From the NCBI GenBank assembly GCA_965248435.1, contig OZ252100.1, forward strand, positions 3,200,001 to 3,264,000: a DNA stretch of 64,000 bases, read 5' to 3'. The notes under the pieces were generated by a model that saw only the letters and a list, made by a program, of their open reading frames with translations, was not told the origin of the DNA and did no database searches. Within the stretch, counting starts at the first letter, position 1. Every line of letters begins with the position of its first letter. Both the position numbers and the translations under genes were made by a program. The stretch is from Candidatus Latescibacterota bacterium. GTDB taxonomy: Bacteria > Latescibacterota > UBA2968 > GCA-2709665. Below, piece by piece: positions 27,205 to 35,980 of the stretch.

Positions 27205-29220
27205 TTACTCGGACTTCCTTCGATAGAACCAGATGGCCGCGCCGCGTTTTGGAAGGGCAAATGTGAAACCTTCTTGGCTCAAATCCTCTCCTGAAATTTC
27301 CGTGGTTTCACCCGACTCGGGGTTCTCGAATGCGTAGGTCGCATCTGAACTAATTTCCTTCGGATGGATCGTGAATCTCTCGTCCGGGGATTCTGGAAAC
27401 CTGAATCCCTGAATGAATCCGCTGCCTCTCTCCGGGCGATCAAACTGCCTGGCAACCCACTCATTGGGACTGCGATGGAACGGGGTGAGCGGATAGTAAT
27501 CCCCATACAAGATGAATTCCGACGCCCTGCGCCAGATGTCGATCATTCTGTTTGCGAGCTCATAGTTGTAGTCGTCGCGGCGGATGTCCAGAGACGGCTG
27601 CAGCATGGCGGCCATGCCGCAGTGGAAGGCATAGCTATCTACGTCGTGGTCATATCGATTCTCTCCATGAACATCAAAAGCGCGTGAGGAAGACTTGAAG
27701 TAAGGCATCCACTCGAAGAGCGTACGGTGGTAGGCCAACTTCACGGGATGATCACCGTAGGCGTGGTCGGTGATGTGCAGCGGCACGGAGCGCCGCAGGG
27801 TTTCGAAATCGTTGCGGCGTCCTCCGCCCGCACAGGAATCGATCCAGAGTCCGGGGTTTCGTTCGAGCAGGTCATCATAGTACTGGAGGTAGCCCTGGGC
27901 GTGCAGGTTCTCGTTCATCCCCTGGCGGTCCGAGTCCTCATTCTCACGCCAGAACTGCAGCGGTTCGGTACCCGCATCGTCTACGAAGTTGAAATCCTGT
28001 CTGTAGATCTTGATGCCGTTCTCCCTGATCAGCCGGCAGACGTGGTCGGTCAGCCACTGGCGGCATTCCGGGAGGGCCAGGTTCAACAGCCTGTCGTGGT
28101 TTCCCTCTCTCCTGAGCAACCATTCGGGATGTTCTGTATCGATCCTGGTGCCCTTGTATACCCTTTCCGGTTCAAACCAGAGTAACAGGTCGGCGCCGCT
28201 TCGGGCCGCAGCTTCGGATATCGCCTTGAAGCCGTTGGGGAATCTCTCAGGATCCGGCACCCACGTGCCGACGGTCCTGCTCCACGTCCTTTTTCCTAGC
28301 TCCTCGACGTAGCAGGGATACCAGCCGGCGTCTATCCACCAGACGTCGAGCGGAAGGCCGTGCCGCCTGGTCTTCTCCATATACTTCAGCTGGTTCTCTT
28401 CCGTCGCATCGGTGAACTCCTTCCCTTCATCGGTGCCGGTGCAGGCGAGCAGCGGTCTTAAAGGTTGACCCTTTGGCCTGGGAAGGATGTGGGTGAGGTA
28501 CCACCGCCGCCAGAGGTTCACCGCCCTCGCGGCATCCCCTGTCCAGGAGAGGAGGGTGATCCGCGGCGTGCGGATCGTTTCGCCCGGCTGGAGGCGCAGA
28601 TGCGTCACCTCCTGACCCGCGCGGATGTGTACTCCCTCTGCAAGTCTCTTGAAACTGACCGACCATTGTCCCGGCCAGCCGACCGCCATCGTCAGTCCGC
28701 AGCCCTCGAACATCACACGGTAATAGGGAAACGCGCCATCGCAGGGGCGGCCACCTCTGGGGGCGAATCCGAGCGTTTCCCCCGCGTTCAGGGGTGTCTC
28801 GACAGGTTCGTAACACTCGTCGTTCCGGTAGTCGCCGTTGCAGTGGTACACGACGGGAGCGGCGCCGCTGATCGGTCCATCGATCGCGAGGATGTCTCGG
28901 ATGATGGGAGTGGCCTCGCTGCTCTTATTCGTAAACCAGGCGACCCATTCCACGACCGGGAAGTCACGATATTCCGTGCACTCGACTCTGACGTTCAAGC
29001 CGGTCCCGGCGTCATTGCCTTCAAAGACTGTTTGGGAGATGTTGGCGTCGATCCGGCGCCTTGTAGAAGACGGATTCCAGTCTTCCGGAAGCCCTGTAAC
29101 GGCTTTCTCGTCGTAGGTGAAAGAGATGGGAAGTGCCGCAGGTCCGGAGATGAACCTGCTCGTCCAATCCCTGCTCTTCTGCATGTCTTCAGGGCGTGTC
29201 GCGGATGTGGGTATTGTCAT
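27205..29220 (-). CDS. GH36 alpha-galactosidase-like glycoside hydrolase, copy C
   Basis: Same motifs; start reassigned to ATG 29220 (MTIPTS) by alignment with copies A and B. Confidence 0.85.
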   Translation of the reverse strand: MTIPTSATRPEDMQKSRDWTSRFISGPAALPISFTYDEKAVTGLPEDWNPSSTRRRIDANISQTVFEGNDAGTGLNVRVECTEYRDFPVVEWVAWFTNKSSEATPIIRDILAIDGPISGAAPVVYHCNGDYRNDECYEPVETPLNAGETLGFAPRGGRPCDGAFPYYRVMFEGCGLTMAVGWPGQWSVSFKRLAEGVHIRAGQEVTHLRLQPGETIRTPRITLLSWTGDAARAVNLWRRWYLTHILPRPKGQPLRPLLACTGTDEGKEFTDATEENQLKYMEKTRRHGLPLDVWWIDAGWYPCYVEELGKRTWSRTVGTWVPDPERFPNGFKAISEAAARSGADLLLWFEPERVYKGTRIDTEHPEWLLRREGNHDRLLNLALPECRQWLTDHVCRLIRENGIKIYRQDFNFVDDAGTEPLQFWRENEDSDRQGMNENLHAQGYLQYYDDLLERNPGLWIDSCAGGGRRNDFETLRRSVPLHITDHAYGDHPVKLAYHRTLFEWMPYFKSSSRAFDVHGENRYDHDVDSYAFHCGMAAMLQPSLDIRRDDYNYELANRMIDIWRRASEFILYGDYYPLTPFHRSPNEWVARQFDRPERGSGFIQGFRFPESPDERFTIHPKEISSDATYAFENPESGETTEISGEDLSQEGFTFALPKRGAAIWFYRRKSE

Positions 29221-29231
29221 TTCGATTCTCT

Positions 29232-30050
29232 CTAGCGAAGAATGCGCTGGTCTCTCAGGTCCTTGTTTCCAACGCTCCTGACCAGGGATGCGCCGACGTA
29301 TTCCTTGACCTCGAGGTCGGCGAAGGCGTTGACGATCGGATAAAATGTGGGGAGGTCCTCCCATCTCGCTCGATGCCATTCGACCGTTCCCTCACCCTCC
29401 CAATATTCCAGGACTCTCTCGTTGCTTGCAGCCGGGGTGATCACGGCATAGCAGGCATCCGGAGTCCCCCAGTCGCCGGTCTTGGGCATGTATTTGTAAT
29501 GGAGCGTGCCATCCACCGCCTTATCGGAGATTTCGTTGGCGGGTTTCTGAGTCAGGCCTTTGACGCTCAGGTCCATAAACTTGAACCCCAGCCAGCCGGC
29601 GGTGGCGTGGGCTTCGCCGTGACAGATGCGGGGCTCCGGGAGCTCGCAGTAGATCTTGGAATAGCCCAACTCTTCCCGACCGGTAATGATGGGATCAGCC
29701 AGGTTTTCCCAGAGCACCGTAAGGAACGGTCCGCGTGCGATGTCTTCCTTGCCTTTGAAGATGGCGGGAAAGGTAAGGCCGAGGATGTTGTAGCCGCGTC
29801 CGGCCAGCCACTCGATTTCTGTCATGTAACCCGCGGTGACTGTAACCACGGGCTCGCCGACTTCGAAACCCTCGGGTAGGAGGGTGTCGAGCTGGTCGGG
29901 ATTGGACCGAAAAGAGACGGAAATCGAGGTTCGCTTCGGATCGTCTTCGCAAGCGAACCTCCTCCCTTCGGGACCCTGACGGGGACCCAGCGCAGGACCA
30001 AAGTGTGTGGGCATACGGTACATCATACCAGACTGGAAAGTGTATGGCAT
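29232..30050 (-). CDS. Acetoacetate decarboxylase-like (ADC superfamily) protein
   Basis: YRMPTHFGP, EIEWLAGRGYN, VLWENLADPIITGREELGYSK (Schiff-base Lys position). Start ATG 30050 after AGGAG. Confidence 0.85.
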   Translation of the reverse strand: MPYTFQSGMMYRMPTHFGPALGPRQGPEGRRFACEDDPKRTSISVSFRSNPDQLDTLLPEGFEVGEPVVTVTAGYMTEIEWLAGRGYNILGLTFPAIFKGKEDIARGPFLTVLWENLADPIITGREELGYSKIYCELPEPRICHGEAHATAGWLGFKFMDLSVKGLTQKPANEISDKAVDGTLHYKYMPKTGDWGTPDACYAVITPAASNERVLEYWEGEGTVEWHRARWEDLPTFYPIVNAFADLEVKEYVGASLVRSVGNKDLRDQRILR

Positions 30051-30079
30051 GGGGTCTCCTTGTAACTGCGGGTCGTTCT

Positions 30080-30913
30080 TCAGGCACGGTAGAAGGGCGC
30101 ATCCCCCTTGATGGTCACACGCAGGCCGCGCCGTCGATTGGGAAAATAGTCCCACATGGCGTGGTGCTGGGCACAGCGATTGTCCCAGAATGCCACCGAG
30201 CCCGGCTGCCACTGGAAGCGGCAGTGGAACTCCGGCTGCTCGATATGCTTGAAAAGCAGCTCGAGCACCGAGTCGCTTTCGTTCTGGTTGAGTTGAACGA
30301 TCCGCGTGGTGAAGGTGCGGTTTACGTAAAGCGCCTTCCGCCCGCTAACCGGGTGCGTGCGCACGACGGGATGCTCCGATCTCGGATAGGATTCGTCTCT
30401 CGGCCTCGCATCATCCCCATAGCGACGATATACGTGCTCGCCGTCGTGCTCCGCGGTCATTCCCTCAAGAAAGTGCTGCATCGATTCTGACAGGGACTCG
30501 AAAGCGGCATACATGCTCGCGAAGAGGGTATCGCCTCCCACGGGCGGTGTCTCCAGCATGTAGAGGATCGAACCGAGCGGCGGTTCGGCGTCGCAGGAGA
30601 CATCCGAGTGCCAATCCTCACCGGCGATCCTTCGGGTGTTCTCGTCAGCGTAGATCTCCATGACTTCCGGGTGTCCTTCGAGCAGTCTAGGAAAGGCGGG
30701 ATGGATGTGCAGTTCACCGAAACGACGGCCCAATGCCTTTTGTTGATCAGGCGTCATACTTTGATCGCGAAAGAAGAGTACGCAGTGCTCGGCGAGCGCT
30801 GAAGTGAGTGTCTCGATCGTTCCCTCATCGAGCGATTCAGAAAGGTCGATGCCATCTACGTCGACACCGCAGTGCGGCGTCACTTTTCTAAATTCGAGTG
30901 TTTGTGGTTCCAT
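30080..30913 (-). CDS. tauD: TauD/TfdA-family alpha-ketoglutarate-dependent dioxygenase
   Basis: VLFFRDQ, WHSDVS, GGDTLFASM, HPVVRTHP.SGRKALYVN, WDNRCAQH. Confidence 0.9.
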   Translation of the reverse strand: MEPQTLEFRKVTPHCGVDVDGIDLSESLDEGTIETLTSALAEHCVLFFRDQSMTPDQQKALGRRFGELHIHPAFPRLLEGHPEVMEIYADENTRRIAGEDWHSDVSCDAEPPLGSILYMLETPPVGGDTLFASMYAAFESLSESMQHFLEGMTAEHDGEHVYRRYGDDARPRDESYPRSEHPVVRTHPVSGRKALYVNRTFTTRIVQLNQNESDSVLELLFKHIEQPEFHCRFQWQPGSVAFWDNRCAQHHAMWDYFPNRRRGLRVTIKGDAPFYRA

Positions 30914-30928
30914 AGGACTCGTGTCTCC

Positions 30929-31828
30929 TCAACTTTTGGCATCCGAATCTTCCTGCTGCTGCAGCGCGTAAAGGGACGTGTAGCCACCCGACCAGTCCGG
31001 TGGGATCAGGCAGGCCCGGGGATCGTGGTAGGCCCAGCGGGCCTGTTTGCCGCGAAGGATCGTGCCGGTGTAGCGGCTCTTGAGTGGGTTCGCCGTATAC
31101 GGAAAGGCGTCGGCCGCGGAATAAGCGAACAGCAGCAGCGGACGGCCCGCGTCGGATAAATTCTTCTTGGAACCGTGAATGACACGACAGTTATGAATCG
31201 TGATCGATCCGGCCGGACCGGTGAGATACTCGACCTTGTCGAGGTCGACGTGCGCCAGATCCTCGTTGGCGATACAGCCCACCCATTCGTCCGCTTCGTT
31301 ATACTGGTCGAAAAGATCACCTTTGTGACTGCCGGGAACCGCGCCGAGGGGCCCCTGTTCATCGCCGACATCGTAAAGATAGGTCCCGATCGTGAGGGGG
31401 CTGTAGTTCGTGTGCGGCCAGTAGGTAATGTCCTGGTGCCACTTCACCTCCTCGCCGCCTTCCGCCCACTTGAAGTTGAGTTTGGAGTGATGGTACTTGA
31501 CGTCCGGCCCCACTAGATCCGCCACCACATCGGGAAGAACGGACTCGGATGCATACTCCCAGTAGACCGGATGGTGGTCCACCGCGTTTGACAGTCTGCG
31601 GAGCCTTGGGTTGTCTGCGGTATGGCCGGGCTCCAGATCGAACACCTCGTCCGATTGCGTTAATGAACGGCTCTTGTCAACCATCTCATTCGTCGTGTGA
31701 AGCAGACGATCAATCCAATCGCGAGAGATGATGCTCTCCACCAGCAGGTACCCCTTCTCGAAGTAGAACCGTCGCTGTTCGTCCGTCAGGACTTTGGGCT
31801 CGTGAGACAGGACCTCTTCCGGTGTCAT
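30929..31828 (-). CDS. PhyH-family Fe(II)/2OG dioxygenase
   Basis: HHSKLNFK, KWHQD, PGSH, GSITIHN.R.IHGS..N.S...R. Confidence 0.9.
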   Translation of the reverse strand: MTPEEVLSHEPKVLTDEQRRFYFEKGYLLVESIISRDWIDRLLHTTNEMVDKSRSLTQSDEVFDLEPGHTADNPRLRRLSNAVDHHPVYWEYASESVLPDVVADLVGPDVKYHHSKLNFKWAEGGEEVKWHQDITYWPHTNYSPLTIGTYLYDVGDEQGPLGAVPGSHKGDLFDQYNEADEWVGCIANEDLAHVDLDKVEYLTGPAGSITIHNCRVIHGSKKNLSDAGRPLLLFAYSAADAFPYTANPLKSRYTGTILRGKQARWAYHDPRACLIPPDWSGGYTSLYALQQQEDSDAKS

Positions 31829-31866
31829 GGATTGACCCCTTTCGGTTAGAAATTGAATCCGCTCGC

Positions 31867-33129
31867 CTACTTGACCCTTTGGCCTGCTTGAAAGACGGCG
31901 GCGACCCTGCTGAATGCTTCGACATCCTTAGTCGGGTCCCCGTCGAAGGCGACAAGGTCCGCGATTTTTCCAGGCTCGATTGTGCCGATCTGATCGCTTA
32001 ACCCTGCGGCTTCGGCAGAGATGCGCGTGGCAGCGACGAGGGCCTCGCCCGGGGTAAACCCGGTGCGGATCAGGAGCTGCAGGTCATAGTCGAGGTGGCC
32101 GAACGTGAGGTTCGAGACTCCGGAGTCGGTGCCGGGGACGATGCGGTCGCGGACCCCGTAGTCGAGCATTTTCCTCACGATATCCAGTTTGAGCTCGGCA
32201 TTCTCCTCCAGAGTATGGAGCTCCCTCTCTTCAGCGGACGAGATGGAACCCATCTCACGCTTCTTCTTGAGATGGACGATCGTCTGGTAGCTCGTGAGGG
32301 CCTGGAGTGTGGGACTGATCCAGATGCCGGATTCGGCCATCATCTGGGCAAGCTCCGGGTCGAACCGGACCTGGTCGTCGGGGTCCAGGAATTCAGCGTG
32401 TTCCATCAGGTCGATGCCCGCGTGGACGGCCCGGAGCATGGACTCTTTGGCCCTGCAGTGCGCGGCCGTGAGCCGATGGAAGTTGTGGGCCTCGTGCACA
32501 GCGGCTCCCAACTCTTCCGTGGTGTAGGTCGCCACTCCGGGGATCGTGCCGACCGTACCGCCCCCGGAGGCCATAATCTTGATGTAGTCAGCGCCCTCGT
32601 GAACGAGTCGGCGGACGGATCTTCGAATCTCTGCCTCGCCGTCGGCGATCTCGTTGCAGAAATGGAAATGACCGCCCGTGCAGGTGATCGGCCTTCCGCT
32701 CACGACCATCCTCGGTCCGGGGATGTAGCCCCGGAGGACCCCCTCTTTCAGTGTGAACCCGATCCGATTTCTGGCCCCGTGCTCGCGGATCGTGGTGATT
32801 CCGGCGTTCAGGTGGCGCTGCAGGTTCAGCGCACCGGCGAGGACCATCACTTCGTCGGAATCGACGATGTACTCGGCATAGGTGCGGCCGTCACCGGCGA
32901 GACAACAGTGCGTGTGACCGTCGATGAGGCCGGGCGTCAGGCAGACAGATCCCAGATCCACTTTCTCCGTGTCCGGGGGGGCGTCTTTCAGGACGGCCTC
33001 GCTCGGTCCGACGGCGTCGATGATGCCGTCTCGAATCAGGACGGCCTGGTCGGCCCTTGATTCCGTGCCGATGCCGTCGGCGAGACAGTCTGCCTTTATG
33101 CAGAGCGGCCTGGGAAGGGTCTTGTCCAT
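31867..33129 (-). CDS. Metal-dependent amidohydrolase (imidazolonepropionase/Xaa-Pro dipeptidase-like)
   Basis: PGLIDGHTH, GADYIKIMASGG, AAH, EHA, GTDSG, GTIEPGKIADLV. Confidence 0.9.
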   Translation of the reverse strand: MDKTLPRPLCIKADCLADGIGTESRADQAVLIRDGIIDAVGPSEAVLKDAPPDTEKVDLGSVCLTPGLIDGHTHCCLAGDGRTYAEYIVDSDEVMVLAGALNLQRHLNAGITTIREHGARNRIGFTLKEGVLRGYIPGPRMVVSGRPITCTGGHFHFCNEIADGEAEIRRSVRRLVHEGADYIKIMASGGGTVGTIPGVATYTTEELGAAVHEAHNFHRLTAAHCRAKESMLRAVHAGIDLMEHAEFLDPDDQVRFDPELAQMMAESGIWISPTLQALTSYQTIVHLKKKREMGSISSAEERELHTLEENAELKLDIVRKMLDYGVRDRIVPGTDSGVSNLTFGHLDYDLQLLIRTGFTPGEALVAATRISAEAAGLSDQIGTIEPGKIADLVAFDGDPTKDVEAFSRVAAVFQAGQRVK

Positions 33130-33413
33130 GTTAAATCGCCTTTGAAAATGTTAACAGGCTTCGGGATCGCCCCGAATATATAGCCTTGCAGCAGTGCGTG
33201 ACAGGGATTATTCAGGGCGTGATTCTCTCCTCAGAATCGGCTTGCGGTCCTGGTTCGGCGCTCACCTCCGGGGAGATTCTATCAGCCTGCCGATATGACC
33301 GCGACGGGTAGACCAAGTGATATCGCGTGATCTGAGGTGGCTCGAAGTCATACGACTAATCATGCTATAACCCTTTATTTTTTTAGATATTTCCGCTGGA
33401 GCGGCCCGGGATT

Positions 33414-33719
33414 ATGCCGATGTATATTAGCGAAACAAGACCTGAGGGGAAGGGAGGTCCGCCGCAGGTTACCCACGTTGTCCCTCTCCAATCCCACCAC
33501 ATCAAGCTCCTATCTCCTATGAATTCAAGCGTCCGTCCCAAACCGTCCCTGATCAACGGGAACGATGAGCCCAACGAGACCCGGAAGGAAAAACTTAGGC
33601 GGATCCAGGCCCAGGTAAGCAAGGGTTTCTATTTCCGGTCTGAGATTCTTCTGGACGTGGCGGATGCCCTGCTGATGAACCCGGACGCGTTCGAAAGCTT
33701 GAATGAGAAGAATCCATAG
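33414..33719 (+). CDS. Small protein with FlgM-like (anti-sigma-28) C-terminal helix pair
   Basis: Low-complexity N-terminus then RKEKLRRIQAQVSKGFY..SEILLDVADALL, matching the FlgM pattern R.EK+..I...+..G.Y....+A..+L; followed by a terminator. Confidence 0.5.
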   Translation: MPMYISETRPEGKGGPPQVTHVVPLQSHHIKLLSPMNSSVRPKPSLINGNDEPNETRKEKLRRIQAQVSKGFYFRSEILLDVADALLMNPDAFESLNEKNP

Positions 33720-33751
33720 AGATCGTTGAAGAGAAGGATGAGCTGTCTGAC

Positions 33752-33782
33752 GGGCCGTTGCTTTGCAACTGGCCCTTTTTTT
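33752..33782 (+). terminator. Rho-independent terminator
   Basis: GGGCC-GTTGC-TTT-GCAAC-T-GGCCC then T7. Confidence 0.8.
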
Positions 33783-33834
33783 GTTGACAGAAAGCGGGAT
33801 TCGCTTGCATGTTCGGCCTCAGCGAAAGGCGAAC

Positions 33835-35922
33835 ATGGGGAAATATAGAGCAGGGATCGATATCGGAGGGACGTTCACCGACGTCGTGCTTCTGGGGGAC
33901 GATGGCAGGGTGATTGTCAGAAAACTGGCAAGCACACCCGATGATTATAGCCGGTCGGTCCTGGAGGGACTGGCCCATGCGATGCGGGATCTCAACGTCG
34001 AGCCCGCGGAGATATCGGAACTGAGCCACGGCTTCACGGTAGCCACAAACGCGATTCTGGAGGGCAAAGGGGAGCGTACGGCGCTCGTCACGACGGAAGG
34101 GTTTCGTGACGTGCTGGAGATCGCGCGCCTGCGTGTGCCGAGGCTCTACGACCTGGACTACGAGAAGCCGCCTCCCCTGGTCGAACGACGACTGCGTTTC
34201 GAAGTAAATGAACGGATGAATTTTCGTGGGGAGGTGATCTCACCGCTCGATCCATCGGATGTAGAGCGAGTGGCCGACGCGGTTTCGGAAACGGGCGTGA
34301 GGTCTGTGGCGATTTCGCTTCTTCATGCCTACGCGAACCCGGCACACGAAACCCGGATCGCTGAGGTGATCCGATCCAGGATGCCGGATGTGGACCTGTC
34401 GGTATCGAGCGAGCTGCTGCCGGAAATGCGAGAGTATGAACGGACGAGTACGACGGTGATCAATGCCTATGTCAAACCCGTCGTTTCGAGCTACCTGACG
34501 CGATTGAAGCGTGGGATTCAGGATATGGGTATCCAGGTACCCATGACCGTGATGCAGTCGAACGGGGGCTTGACGCCAGTGAGGGCCGCAATCGATAGAC
34601 CGATCACCTGTATCGAGTCGGGCCCTGCGGCTGGTGTTGTCGGGGGGTTTCATCTCGGGAAGCGTCTTGGTGAAGAGAACCTGATGACGTTCGATATGGG
34701 GGGGACGACCGCGAAGGCATCGATCATCGAAGCGGGTCGGATGCTGCTTTCGCAGGAGTATGAGGTGGGCGGTGGAATGAGTGCCTCACACCGCCTTATG
34801 AAGGGTTCTGGGTACGTTCTGCGAGTACCGGCGATCGATCTGGCTGAGGTGAGCTCCGGGGGTGGGAGCATCGCCTGGGTGGACAAGAGCGGCTCGTTAC
34901 AGTGCGGACCTCAGAGTGCAGGTGCGATCCCTGGGCCGGTCTGTTACGCAAAGGGCGGCGAAGCACCGACAGTTACGGACGCGAATGTGACGCTCGGTTT
35001 CCTGAACCCCGAGCACCTGCTGGGAGGTTCGTTTCGGCTGGACGCGGACGGAGCTTCGCGTTCGGTGAAAGAGAAGGTGGGCGGCCGGCTTGGACTTTCA
35101 GAAAGTGAAGCGGCCTACGGGATTCACCTTCTTGCCAACTCCAACATGGCCCGGGCGCTGAGGGCGGTGTCCAGCGAGCGGGGAAGGGATCCGAGGCGGT
35201 TTACGCTGATGGCGTTCGGCGGGGGTGGGCCGATTCACGCGGCGGGCCTCGCGGAGATGCTGGAGGTGTCCCGAATCCTTATTCCCCCCCATCCGGGTGT
35301 GTTCAGCGCATTCGGCCTGTTGTTCGCCGACGTGGAGCACCACTTCGTGCGGAGCCATCACCGTGCGTTTTCCGAACTCGATCTGGACGCAGTCAACGGG
35401 ATCCTGCGTTCCTTGCTCCAGGAGGGCACCCGACTCCTTCTGGAGGAGGGATTTTCGGAGGCTCGCCAGCTCCTGCTCGCACAGGTGGATATGAAGTACG
35501 AGGGTCAGACTTCTGAGCTGACGGTGAACGTCTCGGACAAAGAATTTACTCCTGAGAGCCTTGCGAAACTGGGCGAGGCGTATCACCAGGAGCATGAGAA
35601 GACGTACGGTTACCACGTGGACGAACCGTTTCAGCTGGTCGGCATCCGCGTGATCGCAAGGGGCATTTCAGAGGCGCAGCGCGTACCGGAACGGATCGAG
35701 ATGGACAGCGATCCCGGATCCACGAAGCCAGATAGGCGCAAGGTCTACTTCGGCCCGAGGGACCAGTGGATCGACACGCCTGTCGTGCCTCGAGCAGGAC
35801 TACGCGACGAAAAGATCGCGGGCCCCCTTGTGGTCGAGGAATACGATTCGACGACGGTGGTTCCGCCTGGCTGGGAGGCGTCGTTGGATTCGGCGAATAA
35901 TATCGTTTTGACACTGGCGTGA
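33835..35922 (+). CDS. hyuA: Hydantoinase A / 5-oxoprolinase ATP-binding subunit
   Basis: GIDIGGTFTD, HGFTVATNA, REYERTSTT..NAY, ESGPAAG, DMGGTT, GPQSAGA.PGP.CY. Start ATG 33835. Confidence 0.92.
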   Translation: MGKYRAGIDIGGTFTDVVLLGDDGRVIVRKLASTPDDYSRSVLEGLAHAMRDLNVEPAEISELSHGFTVATNAILEGKGERTALVTTEGFRDVLEIARLRVPRLYDLDYEKPPPLVERRLRFEVNERMNFRGEVISPLDPSDVERVADAVSETGVRSVAISLLHAYANPAHETRIAEVIRSRMPDVDLSVSSELLPEMREYERTSTTVINAYVKPVVSSYLTRLKRGIQDMGIQVPMTVMQSNGGLTPVRAAIDRPITCIESGPAAGVVGGFHLGKRLGEENLMTFDMGGTTAKASIIEAGRMLLSQEYEVGGGMSASHRLMKGSGYVLRVPAIDLAEVSSGGGSIAWVDKSGSLQCGPQSAGAIPGPVCYAKGGEAPTVTDANVTLGFLNPEHLLGGSFRLDADGASRSVKEKVGGRLGLSESEAAYGIHLLANSNMARALRAVSSERGRDPRRFTLMAFGGGGPIHAAGLAEMLEVSRILIPPHPGVFSAFGLLFADVEHHFVRSHHRAFSELDLDAVNGILRSLLQEGTRLLLEEGFSEARQLLLAQVDMKYEGQTSELTVNVSDKEFTPESLAKLGEAYHQEHEKTYGYHVDEPFQLVGIRVIARGISEAQRVPERIEMDSDPGSTKPDRRKVYFGPRDQWIDTPVVPRAGLRDEKIAGPLVVEEYDSTTVVPPGWEASLDSANNIVLTLA

Positions 35923-35980
35923 GTTCGCCCGGGGGCCGAACGCCAACCCTATCTCGTCGGGTGACGAGGTAAAGGATCGT

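Noticed and set aside
23121-29220. Diversity-generating retroelement behind the near-identical repeats
   Set aside because: No reverse transcriptase in the window; repeats are whole genes and differences are not confined to adenines.
33289-33296. GCCGATAT as a sigma-28 -10 box for the FlgM-like gene
   Set aside because: No TAAA -35 element at the expected 15-bp spacing.
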